Shown here: piece by piece, positions 9,595 to 18,705 of the stretch
Layout: each line of letters begins with the position of its first letter
Position numbering within the stretch: position 1 is the stretch's first letter
NCBI GenBank assembly: GCA_964405835.1
Contig: CAYOPN010000002.1
Span: 24,571 to 88,570 of the forward strand
Length of the DNA: 64,000 nt
Reading direction: 5' to 3'
Source of the DNA: an uncultured Elusimicrobia bacterium
GTDB taxonomy: Bacteria > Elusimicrobiota > Elusimicrobia > F11
Notes under the pieces: generated by a model
What the model was told of the DNA's origin: nothing
Databases searched by the model: none
What the model saw: the letters and a program-made list of their open reading frames with translations, nothing else
Program-made: the position numbers and the translations under genes

Positions 9595-11050
9595 TTAACT
9601 CCGCTCCCAAAATATAGTGATGGTCCAACACGTCGAAACCTGCGCGGCCCAACGTTTCCGTCAGGGAAGGAAGGCTGTAGTGGGTAATATGTTCGTCGGC
9701 GTATCCATTTGGATGGACCTTTTTATAGAGGTTTTCGATAAATGGCCAATAAGGACGGCCGTAGTCGGGTGTTCCGATCACCATTGTTCCGCCCGGCTTA
9801 ATGACGCGGGCCAGCTCTTGAAACGGCCTATCACCGGCCGGAATATGCTCAATGACTTGCGAGCAAATAATTCCTTCGAAGGTTTGGTCAGCAAACGGCA
9901 GGTCAAAAATACTGCCCTGCACTAACGATGCGCATTTTTGCCGGGTATAACGCAGCTTGTAAAGCGCTACATCAAGGCCCACAATGTTTGGCAAATCTTG
10001 AATGATGCGGCTGGACCCGCATCCGACGTCCAAAATAACTCCATTGATCTTTTTTGCCCAGTTTAACACCACGTTATGGCGTGTCCGTTGCCAATACATC
10101 TGAAGCGGGATAATGCTATTGAACGCGCGTTCGTCATAATCCGCGGACGCGATCGAAGAACGCAAAGCCCACATCGACTTCAAGGTCTTTATCAAGCAAA
10201 TTCCGAACTCGATTAACCGGGCCTTGGATTTCCCATCCACGCGCGGCGCGTATTGGAATGGGATCTCATCGATACGCCATCCGTTCATATGGATCTTGAT
10301 CAAAATCTCTTCCAACGCTTCGAAGTTGGTGCCTTTGATCGTGATCCCTTGAAGCGCTTCGCGGCGGTAGAGGCGGAAACCGCTGGAGATGTCTTTGATG
10401 GGAACGGAAAGAACGCGGGTGAAAACAACATTCAGTATCCGGCTTAATATTTTTCGAAACATGGGCGCTTTAAAATCAGCGCCGGGAACATAGCGGGAGG
10501 CCACAACGACTTCCCCTTTTTTCCGCGCTTTCCAAAGGCTTTCCACAAATCCCGGTGGATGGGACAAGTCCGCGTCCATGGTGAGAACATAGCGCCCGCG
10601 GCTCACCGAAAAACCTTCGTTTAAGGCCTGCCCATATCCGCGCTCTTGCTGGACGATCACCTGCGCTCCGTTGGCGCGGGCCACATCCACGGTCTTGTCT
10701 TTGGAACCGCCGTCGACTACGATAATTTCGTGAGAAACGCCCATCTTCGCCAACAAATGCTTCAAATTCGAGAGAAGCGGGGCGACGTTTTTCTCTTCGT
10801 TTAGCGTCAAAACGAGGACCGAAACCTCAATCGGATAGGCGAGAGGGTTCAATTCGGCCCCGTTTCCATTCAAGAACAACGGGATCCCACGGTAGGTGGG
10901 AAATTTGGCGTTGCACGAGCAGCAAACCGCCTGCCGGTCATGTTCTTCCAGCGGACCTTTCTTGCAGGTCGGACAGGCCCATTTTTCACTGACCAATGGA
11001 CTGACGGACACCCGTTTTTCGGAATTTAATTCTTCGGTTAGAGTCGGCAT
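9569..11050 (-). CDS. Triple-domain fusion: Trm112-like zinc ribbon + GT2 polyprenol-phosphate glycosyltransferase (DPM1-like) + class I SAM methyltransferase
   Basis: N-terminus CPTCKKGPLEEHDRQAVCCSCNAKFPTYRGIPLFL (Trm112/DUF343 pattern). Middle VSVLVLTLNEEKNV...IIVVDGGSKDKT...LTMDADLSHPP (GT2/DPM1-like). C-terminus ILDVGCGSSRI...FDLPFADQTFEGIICSQVIEHI...IKPGGTMVI (methyltransferase). Confidence 0.75.
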   Translation of the reverse strand: MPTLTEELNSEKRVSVSPLVSEKWACPTCKKGPLEEHDRQAVCCSCNAKFPTYRGIPLFLNGNGAELNPLAYPIEVSVLVLTLNEEKNVAPLLSNLKHLLAKMGVSHEIIVVDGGSKDKTVDVARANGAQVIVQQERGYGQALNEGFSVSRGRYVLTMDADLSHPPGFVESLWKARKKGEVVVASRYVPGADFKAPMFRKILSRILNVVFTRVLSVPIKDISSGFRLYRREALQGITIKGTNFEALEEILIKIHMNGWRIDEIPFQYAPRVDGKSKARLIEFGICLIKTLKSMWALRSSIASADYDERAFNSIIPLQMYWQRTRHNVVLNWAKKINGVILDVGCGSSRIIQDLPNIVGLDVALYKLRYTRQKCASLVQGSIFDLPFADQTFEGIICSQVIEHIPAGDRPFQELARVIKPGGTMVIGTPDYGRPYWPFIENLYKKVHPNGYADEHITHYSLPSLTETLGRAGFDVLDHHYILGAELNVLARRRQ

Positions 11051-11063
11051 TGTTTTTTCCCTA

Positions 11064-12734
11064 TCACGTATTTTTTTGTTCTTTAACGTATCTCAGCAGG
11101 AGGCCTAAAAATAACCAAAATGGAACACCCAAGAACGGTCCTTCTAGCGGGACGTTGAAAGCAGCGATCACCATATACCAAACCCAAAAGGCCAGCGCGA
11201 AAACGGCAATCATGTCCTTTCGACGGCAATGTCCCCATAACCTGGAAACAAAAACAAGGTTCAGCAGGAGAAATCCCCCCAAACCAAGAAGCCCCATTCG
11301 AAACAAAATTGCGAGATGAGAATTATGGAAATCGATTCCATACCAATGCTGGGACACAATCCGGCTTATTTCCTCCTGGGTCATGACAAACGGCGGCCTT
11401 GGAACGACATCGTCGGAGGGGTTCCGATATGCGTTTGAAATTCGATTCTTAAACTCATACGTTTTTTTCATTTCGTCTATAGCACGGATGCGTCGTTCCG
11501 GATCTTGAAAGGGATTCATACTCCAGGCAATCAACGGTTCGTCAAATCCAATGCCGATAAAAATATTCCTTTCAAGGACCTGCTCGAGTCCATCGAACCA
11601 GACGGTCAACCGCCATGAAACATTTCCGGCCTCGACATTGGGAGCCAGCGCTTTTAAGATTTTCTCCCTGAACCGTTTAAAGTGAACCATGTGAAGTTTT
11701 TCGGGCGTGAAATCCACGGGCGCCACAGCAGAAGCCGGCACATCCTTTTGCGTGACCATGGCCGGCGAAACCGTTTGAGTGATTTGAACTGGCTCAACTT
11801 TTACCGGTGCAGGAATGACAGGGTCACTTTTTACCGGAGCTGGACCTGGAATTGGAACCACTGGATCGGCGCTCGGCGTCACCACAGGCTCGGAGGGCGG
11901 GGCCAATTTGACGGCAGGGGTTGCCGAAGAAACGATGCGTTGGATACGAAAAAGACGTGTGTATCGGCCAAAACCTTGTGGCTCGCCAAAAATCATCACG
12001 GAAATGCCGGTTGTCACAATGAACAGAAGCCCAAACAGCATTGCATGTTTCAAGAAGTGTTTGGGAACACCGCATACCAAGCCAATAAACAGGATCGTCA
12101 GCGATGTCAACGCTATGGCAATAATCCCAGAGCGAATGGTCGTATAGATGACAAATGTCGCAGCGATGGCACCAATGCTCCGTACCACCCAAACAAAACG
12201 GTCATCATGTTGGGTAAAACCGTATAAGGCCACGTACGCAAACGCAGTCAGCGAAGCAACCCCTGCCAACGCATAACGCGGCCACCATGAAACGGAAAAA
12301 TAGGTAAGTCCGCTCGCAACCATGCATACGGTGCCGCCAACAAACATCCAGCACAATAATTTTCGAACCGTTTTTTGATCGGGCACCAACGCGTATGAGA
12401 GAAAGGCAAACAATGAGTAATAACAAAGGGCGGACCGTTTTAACGTATCGAGCACGTCGGGCCCTTTTTGGCTTAGCACTGGAAACAACGCAATCAAACC
12501 GGCAGACCAATACACGCCGAAAGCCGCATAAAGCCACCGGTCTCGCTTCTCCGGACGCCATTTCCCCCTAACAACCTGGACTGCAAACAGGGCCGTCATG
12601 ACAAGAAGCACAAACTCCGAGACAAACAGAGGGACGGGTCCAACCCAGAAAAAATTATAAGTGAACCCTTTATTGAACCCCAAAAGAAGCGCCAAATAAG
12701 CGCCTAACAGATGCGTGAAGAGCAGGACAATCAT
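11064..12734 (-). CDS. O-antigen ligase/polymerase-family membrane protein with an inserted Pro/Val-rich linker
   Basis: N-terminal multi-span region, then the low-complexity linker PAVKLAPPSEPVVTPSADPVVPIPGPAPVKSDPVIPAPVKVEPV, a soluble segment, and a C-terminal FHNSHLAILFRMGLLGLGGF motif resembling the Wzy_C HN-x-yL...G core. ATGA overlap at 12731. Confidence 0.55.
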   Translation of the reverse strand: MIVLLFTHLLGAYLALLLGFNKGFTYNFFWVGPVPLFVSEFVLLVMTALFAVQVVRGKWRPEKRDRWLYAAFGVYWSAGLIALFPVLSQKGPDVLDTLKRSALCYYSLFAFLSYALVPDQKTVRKLLCWMFVGGTVCMVASGLTYFSVSWWPRYALAGVASLTAFAYVALYGFTQHDDRFVWVVRSIGAIAATFVIYTTIRSGIIAIALTSLTILFIGLVCGVPKHFLKHAMLFGLLFIVTTGISVMIFGEPQGFGRYTRLFRIQRIVSSATPAVKLAPPSEPVVTPSADPVVPIPGPAPVKSDPVIPAPVKVEPVQITQTVSPAMVTQKDVPASAVAPVDFTPEKLHMVHFKRFREKILKALAPNVEAGNVSWRLTVWFDGLEQVLERNIFIGIGFDEPLIAWSMNPFQDPERRIRAIDEMKKTYEFKNRISNAYRNPSDDVVPRPPFVMTQEEISRIVSQHWYGIDFHNSHLAILFRMGLLGLGGFLLLNLVFVSRLWGHCRRKDMIAVFALAFWVWYMVIAAFNVPLEGPFLGVPFWLFLGLLLRYVKEQKNT

Positions 12735-13753
12735 CTTCGAAAAATGGATTTGGCGATGTTTTTATGAAACTTATTATCGGCAACTACCGAAGGAACGCGC
12801 CCAATGCCAGATCTCAACGGCCCTACCGCGGAAGAGAGATCGTGGGTGGCCAGGCGAGGCCAGTAATACATCTTAATCCGCTCCCGCAGCGCCAGTTGTC
12901 GATTGGACAAGGATTCCCCTCCAAAGAGCCGTTGAAATAGCGCATCAAAAGTTGCGAGGACATTTTCGGAGGACGTTCCTGGAGACGGCAAACGGTTGCG
13001 GAGCATGGCCGTCAAATATCCCAAGGAGACGTCATCGACATCCGGCCATAAGCGATTGACCATTGCATCAACGATCCGGTCCAACTCTCCCGACATTGCT
13101 TGGCGATTTTCGTTCGATGTCGATTTCTTGCTGGAACGGTATTGAAATAAAAACTCTGGAATGTTCCGCATTTCACAATCGAAAAACAGCCGCGTCCACA
13201 ATTCGTAATCCTGGGCAAAGCGGATGGACTCGTTGTAACCGCCCCGCTCGCGCAAAACATCGGTTTTCATCATCACGGTCGGATGGGCAAAACAACGGCG
13301 CGTCAGGTCGCCGTCGGACATAAGGTGGCACTTGATTTCGAGCGGATCGACGGGGTAGCGCATGTTCTTGATAAAGCGTCCTTGCTCATCAATTTCTTGG
13401 TGCCATGTTCCCACAACGGCCGTTGCCGGATGCCGCTCAAACGCTTCCACTTGTTTCTGAAAACGGTCTTTCAGAGAAACATCATCGGCGTCCATGCGCG
13501 CCAAATACCGGCCTTTGGCGAGGGCAAGGCCTTTGTTGAGCGCCTTGGTCTGGCCAAGGTCGGTCTCATTTTTAACGAGACGGATGCGGGGGTCTCCAAA
13601 CGATCCGATAATTTCCACGGAGCGGTCAGTGCTCGCGTTGTCCAGCACAAGGAACTCAAAATCACCATACGATTGTTCGAGAATGCTTTTGACGGCTTCG
13701 CCGACAAAACGTTCGCCGTTTTTGACCGACATTAAAACGGAAATATTAGGCAT
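12731..13753 (-). CDS. Glycosyltransferase family 2
   Basis: ISVLMSVKNGERFVGEAVKSILEQSYGDFEFLVLDNASTDRSVEII...ARMDADDVS (GT-A DxD region). Start moved from the track TTG (13777) to the ATG at 13753 (MPNISV), an 8-nt overlap with the upstream stop. Confidence 0.8.
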   Translation of the reverse strand: MPNISVLMSVKNGERFVGEAVKSILEQSYGDFEFLVLDNASTDRSVEIIGSFGDPRIRLVKNETDLGQTKALNKGLALAKGRYLARMDADDVSLKDRFQKQVEAFERHPATAVVGTWHQEIDEQGRFIKNMRYPVDPLEIKCHLMSDGDLTRRCFAHPTVMMKTDVLRERGGYNESIRFAQDYELWTRLFFDCEMRNIPEFLFQYRSSKKSTSNENRQAMSGELDRIVDAMVNRLWPDVDDVSLGYLTAMLRNRLPSPGTSSENVLATFDALFQRLFGGESLSNRQLALRERIKMYYWPRLATHDLSSAVGPLRSGIGRVPSVVADNKFHKNIAKSIFRR

Positions 13754-14624
13754 GCGAATGGGCCAGGTAATGTTCAACGGTTTTCTGAAGCCCGGCGGCG
13801 AGACCGGTGGACGCTTGCCAACCTAGCAACTCGCGCGCTTTCTTAACATCGGCGTAAAGCGACATGTTTTCTCCGGGGCGGTAAGCCACCGCGCCAAACA
13901 CGGGTTCTCCGCCGCCGCACAAGCGGACGATGGTTTCGACCACCGAACGCACGGTCGCCGGGTTGCCGGACGCCAAGTTGATAACATGGCCGCGCGCTTC
14001 TTTTTTCTCCGCCGCCAACATAAGCCCCTTAACAATGTCGTCCACGTAACAAAAGTCCCGCAGCTGCTTGCCTTCGGACGTATCGAACTTTCTTTTCTCA
14101 ACGCAGCCTTTGATGATTTGCGGAATGAAGCGCCTCCCATCCTGCCCGGGGCCGTACGTGAGAAACAAGCGCACGACAATGCCTGGAAATTTCTCGGTCT
14201 TGGCCAGCGCTTGAATCAAATGCGTGGCCGCGGTTTTCCCCACAGAATACGGCGCGATCGGCGACTCCCGGAGATCTTCTTGCTGTGGTGACAATGCATC
14301 GCCGTACTCGTCGCTGCTGCCCACTTGGACGAAAGCCTCGAGCGCCGAAGGATCAATGGCTTCAATAAGATTTTCGACCACCGCAAAATGTTGATCCAAC
14401 ACAGCGCGTCCGCCTTTTAAAAATGGCGTGTGATCGATATAGCCGGCGAGATTGAAGACTTTCTGAAACTTGAGGCCTTTCAACGCCCCAAAAACGGCGG
14501 CACGGTCCCGCAAGTCGAGCTGGCCTTTGGAGAGGACCGTGACGTTGTTTCCGGTTTCGGCCAGCTTGCGAGTGAGATGCGTCCCAATAAACCCCGCTCC
14601 GCCGGCGACGAGGACGTCAGCCAT
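13746..14624 (-). CDS. NAD(P)-dependent epimerase/dehydratase-family protein, probable NDP-4-keto-6-deoxyhexose reductase
   Basis: [17 protein letters not shown] Rossmann motif and an extended-SDR YSVGK catalytic region. It is the last gene of the CDP-hexose module. The reductase role is inferred from context. Confidence 0.75.
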   Translation of the reverse strand: MADVLVAGGAGFIGTHLTRKLAETGNNVTVLSKGQLDLRDRAAVFGALKGLKFQKVFNLAGYIDHTPFLKGGRAVLDQHFAVVENLIEAIDPSALEAFVQVGSSDEYGDALSPQQEDLRESPIAPYSVGKTAATHLIQALAKTEKFPGIVVRLFLTYGPGQDGRRFIPQIIKGCVEKRKFDTSEGKQLRDFCYVDDIVKGLMLAAEKKEARGHVINLASGNPATVRSVVETIVRLCGGGEPVFGAVAYRPGENMSLYADVKKARELLGWQASTGLAAGLQKTVEHYLAHSHA

Positions 14625-15123
14625 GCTTTAAATTCCAATCGTAAGGAATGGAATTTTCAAAAGGGTCCGTCCGGCTGATTTCATCCGGGTCGTGCGGGAT
14701 GGTCGAGCAATTCGCGACGATGGCGGACGCCGTGCCGACGCCTTTAAACCCGTTCCACACATTTGGCGGAATGGTCACGAGCTGATAGTTTTCGGGGCCG
14801 ATGAACAGCTCCATCAATGCGCCGCGCGTTTTGGATTTCGGACGGTCGTCGTAGAGCACGAGTTTGATCTTGCCCGACACCACCGCGTAGTTAAGCGTCA
14901 TCTTCGAATGAATGTGCCAGGCCTTCACCACGCCCGGATGCACGACCGAGAAATAGATCTCACCGAACTTTTCAAAGACCGGTGAATCGTTGCGCAGCAT
15001 GTGCATGATCTTGCCGCGTTCGTCGTTGATTTGACGCAGCAGCGTCACAACAACACCGTCGATGGCCGCGCGTTTGGCGGGCTTGTCCGCCGTTTTTTTG
15101 GCGGATTTTTTTTTACTTCGCAT
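14617..15123 (-). CDS. Cupin-fold NDP-4-keto-6-deoxyhexose epimerase/isomerase (RmlC/WxcM-like) with a Lys-rich N-terminal tail
   Basis: Start moved to the internal ATG at 15123 ([18 protein letters not shown]). Core [10 protein letters not shown]...[35 protein letters not shown]...IPPNVWNGF is a cupin sugar-epimerase-like pattern. 11-nt overlap with the rfbG stop. Confidence 0.65.
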   Translation of the reverse strand: MRSKKKSAKKTADKPAKRAAIDGVVVTLLRQINDERGKIMHMLRNDSPVFEKFGEIYFSVVHPGVVKAWHIHSKMTLNYAVVSGKIKLVLYDDRPKSKTRGALMELFIGPENYQLVTIPPNVWNGFKGVGTASAIVANCSTIPHDPDEISRTDPFENSIPYDWNLKHG

Positions 15124-16087
15124 AGTTTGCCTCGTACCATTCAATGGTTTTGCTGAGACCTTTTTCCAAATTGAAGACCGGTTTCCATCCGAGCAGCCGC
15201 CGTGCTTTGCGAGACGACAGGTGCTGATCGATGATCTCATTAGAGGCTTGGTTTAAGATCTTCGGTTTTACGTCGGATTTCATGAGTTTTGTCACCGCAG
15301 CGACGATCTGCAGCACCGTCATGGGTTTTTCGTAGCTGAAATTAAACGCCTCGCCATGCACTTTTTCATCTTGCATCGCTTCCGCGGTATGAAGATAGGC
15401 GTCCACACCGTCTTCGACATAGATGTAATCGCGAATGAATTTCCCGTTCGAGCGGATGATGGGCCGTTCTCCCCGCAGCAGCGAGACGATGGTGCCCGGC
15501 ACGATGCGGTTTAAGTTCAAGTCCCCGCCGCCGTAGAAGTTGCCGCAGCGGGTCACGCACACGGGCAACTTGTAGCTTTTGTGGTAAGCATTGCAGAGTA
15601 AATCAGCGCAAGACTTCGAAACATCATAGGGATGCGTGCCATTGAGCGGGGTTTCTTCGGTGTAGGGAAGTTTCTCTTGATCTCCATACGCTTTATCGCT
15701 GGAAGCGACCACCACACGCTTGATCGAAGATGTCTGCCGGCAGGCTTCGAGCACATTCCACGTGCCCTTGATATTGGCCTCGAACGTGCCAAGCGGGCTG
15801 CGATTGGCCGCGCCGACGATCGTCTGGGCCGCCAAATGGAACACCGTTTCAATCTCGTATTCGTTGAGCGCGCGTTCCAGCACCGCCAAATCTTCCACCT
15901 CGCCGCGCACCACATTCACCTTGTCGATTGACCCGTCCAGCACCAGGTTGGATTTCGGCGTCCAGTCCCTGACCAGCGCCGTCACGTTGGCTCCGTCGGC
16001 TGCCAATTTCTTTGTGAGCCACGAACCCAGCAGGCCCGTCGCTCCCGTCACGAACACATTTTTATGTTTCCAAGGGGAAGCTACCAT
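15113..16087 (-). CDS. rfbG: CDP-glucose 4,6-dehydratase
   Basis: Start moved to the ATG at 16087 ([24 protein letters not shown]). Extended SDR with SSDKAYG and YDVSK. Length, C-terminal LGWKP...LSKTIEWY and position directly after rfbF fit RfbG. The track N-terminal extension overlaps rfbF and was rejected. Confidence 0.8.
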   Translation of the reverse strand: MVASPWKHKNVFVTGATGLLGSWLTKKLAADGANVTALVRDWTPKSNLVLDGSIDKVNVVRGEVEDLAVLERALNEYEIETVFHLAAQTIVGAANRSPLGTFEANIKGTWNVLEACRQTSSIKRVVVASSDKAYGDQEKLPYTEETPLNGTHPYDVSKSCADLLCNAYHKSYKLPVCVTRCGNFYGGGDLNLNRIVPGTIVSLLRGERPIIRSNGKFIRDYIYVEDGVDAYLHTAEAMQDEKVHGEAFNFSYEKPMTVLQIVAAVTKLMKSDVKPKILNQASNEIIDQHLSSRKARRLLGWKPVFNLEKGLSKTIEWYEANYAK

Positions 16088-16803
16088 GATTTCCAAGGGG
16101 CTCCTTTTTTCCAGAGTTTGTTCAAATGGTCCCGCTCGCGCGGCGTGTCCATGCATTGCCAGAAACCGTCGTGCTTGAAGGCGCGCAACTGGCCCGCCTT
16201 GGCCACGCGCTGCAACGCGCCGAATTCCAAATCGCAATCGGACGCGGACGAAAGATACTTCAAAAACTCCCGGCGGAACACAAAGAAACCGCCGTTGATG
16301 TGGCCCGTGCTGAGCTGGGGTTTCTCATCAAACTTCAACACACGGTCACCGGCCAGTTCAATCTCGCCAAAACGCGACGGCGGTCGCACCGCGGTCACGG
16401 TACCCAGTTTGCCGTGGCGCACGTGGTATTCATGGAGCTTCTTGAGATTTGAATTGATCACGCCATCACCGTAGGTCACGTGGAAATGGGGCGCCGTAAG
16501 AAATTTTTCAACGCGTTTAAGCCGGCCGCCTTTTAACGTGCCGGTGCCCGTGTTTACAAAATCGATCTTCCAATGCTTCTCGCCTGAGAAATATTTCCGG
16601 ATGTAATTGCCTTTGAAACCAAGGGGCAAAACAAAATGGCGAAAACCGTGCGCGTCATACGTCTTCATGATGTGCCAAAGGATTGGTTTGCCCCCCACTT
16701 CAACCATGGGTTTGGGGCGGATGTCTCCGTCCTCGCGCATACGCGTTCCCTTGCCACCGCACAAAATAACGACCGGGACCGCGTTCAACATGAGCTTGTT
16801 CAT
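16081..16803 (-). CDS. rfbF: Glucose-1-phosphate cytidylyltransferase
   Basis: [47 protein letters not shown]...TYGDGV...INGGFFVF are RfbF-typical motifs. ATGA overlap with the upstream stop (16800). Confidence 0.85.
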   Translation of the reverse strand: MNKLMLNAVPVVILCGGKGTRMREDGDIRPKPMVEVGGKPILWHIMKTYDAHGFRHFVLPLGFKGNYIRKYFSGEKHWKIDFVNTGTGTLKGGRLKRVEKFLTAPHFHVTYGDGVINSNLKKLHEYHVRHGKLGTVTAVRPPSRFGEIELAGDRVLKFDEKPQLSTGHINGGFFVFRREFLKYLSSASDCDLEFGALQRVAKAGQLRAFKHDGFWQCMDTPRERDHLNKLWKKGAPWKSW

Positions 16804-17762
16804 GGTTGGACGCCCGCGAGACAGCGGATCCACACGCGATCATCGCCATATTCACGGCAGTGGTACGGGTCTGGGGCCGAAAGCGGATCGGGATGGCCGG
16901 CGTTTTTTTTGGGTTTCAGAAAATTTTTAATCCGGCGGAGTTGGTCGCGCATTGGCAGTTTATCGATCCAACCGTTTCGCGCGCGAATGGCGTCATTCAT
17001 TTCCCGTTGCTTGGTCCAAGGCAAACCGCACGTTTCCAGGTACAGCGAGCGGAAACCGCCGGCTGCCAGCACCTTCGACAGTGATTTTGGTTCAAAGAAC
17101 AACACGTGCGGTTCGAGGTCGAACTTAAACCGGTAGTCCCCGTTCGGCACTTCAATGAACAAATAACCTTCGGGTTTCAAATAGGCCTTCAAATTTTTTA
17201 AATATTCCACGGGAGCATTTATGTGCTCAAAGACGTGGCTGAGAATGATCAAATCGAATTTCTTGTTGGCAAATTCCTCGAGCTCTGCCTTCCAAACTAT
17301 ACCGTGCCGTTCAAGTGATTGTTGGGCTTTTTGGTCCGGCTCTACCGCGAAGCATTGGACTGTTGCGGGAAGAAGCTTGACCAGATAACTCTCGAGCACG
17401 CCATAGCCGGCCCCGATATCGAGCACGTCGATCTGTTTACCGAACTTAAGCCGGTCCTTAATGAAATCCACGCGCGCCTGCGCTTGATGGTGATAGGTCG
17501 GGATATCAAACGGTGTTTTGTCCGCCACGTGGCCCCAGAAGGTCCCGCTGTTGTAATAGGCGTTCAACATGTCGGTGGACGCCATCGGGTACATATAGAC
17601 AAGGCCGCAATCGACACAACGGGCGACCGTGCGACTCAGGAACAATTGGTTGTGCGCCGGATACGTCATCACATGTTGATGGGCGCGTTGGCGGCAAAGC
17701 GGGCATTCAAGCCCGCGGACAGTGTTCCCTCCGGCCGGTTTGGTGATTGTCGCTTCAGGCAT
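16800..17762 (-). CDS. Class I SAM-dependent methyltransferase with N-terminal zinc ribbon
   Basis: Start at the internal ATG 17762 (MPEATITKP). CPLCRQ...CVDCGLVYMYP ribbon, VLDIGAGYGVLE motif I, FDLIILSHVFEHI, LKPEGYLFIEVP. Confidence 0.75.
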   Translation of the reverse strand: MPEATITKPAGGNTVRGLECPLCRQRAHQHVMTYPAHNQLFLSRTVARCVDCGLVYMYPMASTDMLNAYYNSGTFWGHVADKTPFDIPTYHHQAQARVDFIKDRLKFGKQIDVLDIGAGYGVLESYLVKLLPATVQCFAVEPDQKAQQSLERHGIVWKAELEEFANKKFDLIILSHVFEHINAPVEYLKNLKAYLKPEGYLFIEVPNGDYRFKFDLEPHVLFFEPKSLSKVLAAGGFRSLYLETCGLPWTKQREMNDAIRARNGWIDKLPMRDQLRRIKNFLKPKKNAGHPDPLSAPDPYHCREYGDDRVWIRCLAGVQP

Positions 17763-18705
17763 ACACCGTCCCTTTTTTACTTGCTTTGAAAAATTCCACG
17801 ATGTTTTGTGCAGCGCGCAATTCCATGGCCACGCGCGAAGCATTGGTCAGCGTGGCCACGTGCGGCGTGCAAATCACATTGGAACGGCCCATGAGCGGAC
17901 CTTTGTAGGGTTCGTTCTCGTAAACGTCGAGCGCCGCGCCGCCGAGCCGTTTTTCATCCAGCGCTTTCACCAAAGCATTTTCGTCGATCATATAGCCGCG
18001 CGCGGTGTTCACGAGGAACGCCCCTTGCTTCATCTTGGCGAACTCAACCGTGCTCATCAAATGACCGTCCGATGGCTGGCGCGATGCGTGGAGCGACACC
18101 ACGTCCGATTCTGCGAGAAGCGCGTTGAAATCTTTCAGTTCGACGCCTTCAGGGACATCCGTTTTCTTCAACACCGGGTCCGACACCAGCACATGCGCGC
18201 CGAACGGAGAGAGCAAGCGCGCCACGGCGCGACCAATGCGGCCAAAACCAACCAGGCCGACCGTCCATTCGGAAAGCAATACGCCGGTATGCTTCTTCCA
18301 TTGGGAGGACTGGGAATCAAGCACGTGGGATGGAATGTTCCGCGCAAGCGCCAGGATCATCGCCACCGTCATCTCGGCCACCGGCTGAATCACCTCTTCG
18401 ATCGTTACCAGAACGGACACTCCATGTTGTTTGGCCGCAGCTAGATCAACCGCATCGGTCCCAATACCACAACGGCTCACGCATTTGAGCTCCGGAAGTG
18501 CCGCGAACAACGCCGCGTCGTATGGTTCGACGCCGGCCAGCACCGCATCGACGCATTTGAGCTCCGCTTCCATTTCTTCGCGTTTAAGCCGGTGGCCCAG
18601 CTTGTTTAAGTGGACCTCCATACCGGCGCGTTCCATGGCTTTGAGCGGTTCCTGCGACGTTTCGCAGAATTGCTGCAGCGCAACGTAGACCACCGGTCTC
18701 TTCAT
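17755..18705 (-). CDS. D-isomer-specific 2-hydroxyacid dehydrogenase (phosphoglycerate/glycerate dehydrogenase-like)
   Basis: TVGLVGFGRIGRAVARLL NAD motif, LLAESDVVSLH, FLVNTARG, AALDVYENEP...NVICTPHVA. Full-length D-2-HADH pattern. ATGA overlap at 18702. Confidence 0.8.
   Translation of the reverse strand: MKRPVVYVALQQFCETSQEPLKAMERAGMEVHLNKLGHRLKREEMEAELKCVDAVLAGVEPYDAALFAALPELKCVSRCGIGTDAVDLAAAKQHGVSVLVTIEEVIQPVAEMTVAMILALARNIPSHVLDSQSSQWKKHTGVLLSEWTVGLVGFGRIGRAVARLLSPFGAHVLVSDPVLKKTDVPEGVELKDFNALLAESDVVSLHASRQPSDGHLMSTVEFAKMKQGAFLVNTARGYMIDENALVKALDEKRLGGAALDVYENEPYKGPLMGRSNVICTPHVATLTNASRVAMELRAAQNIVEFFKASKKGTVYA

Noticed and set aside
11760-11930. Pro/Val-rich coding region as a tandem-repeat contingency locus
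   Set aside because: The DNA shows only short imperfect repeats (for example around 11800-11845), not perfect tandem units. This is better explained as a low-complexity protein linker.
15106-15114. A9 homopolymers (15106-15114 at the 5' end of the cupin gene; 59167-59175 in the cytidylyltransferase-exonuclease gene) as phase-variation or frameshift sites
   Set aside because: Both simply encode Lys-Lys-Lys. A7-A8 runs in Lys codons are scattered through many genes here (for example 450-457, 1510-1517, 16903-16910). There is no evidence of alternative frames downstream. This cannot be evaluated without read-level data.
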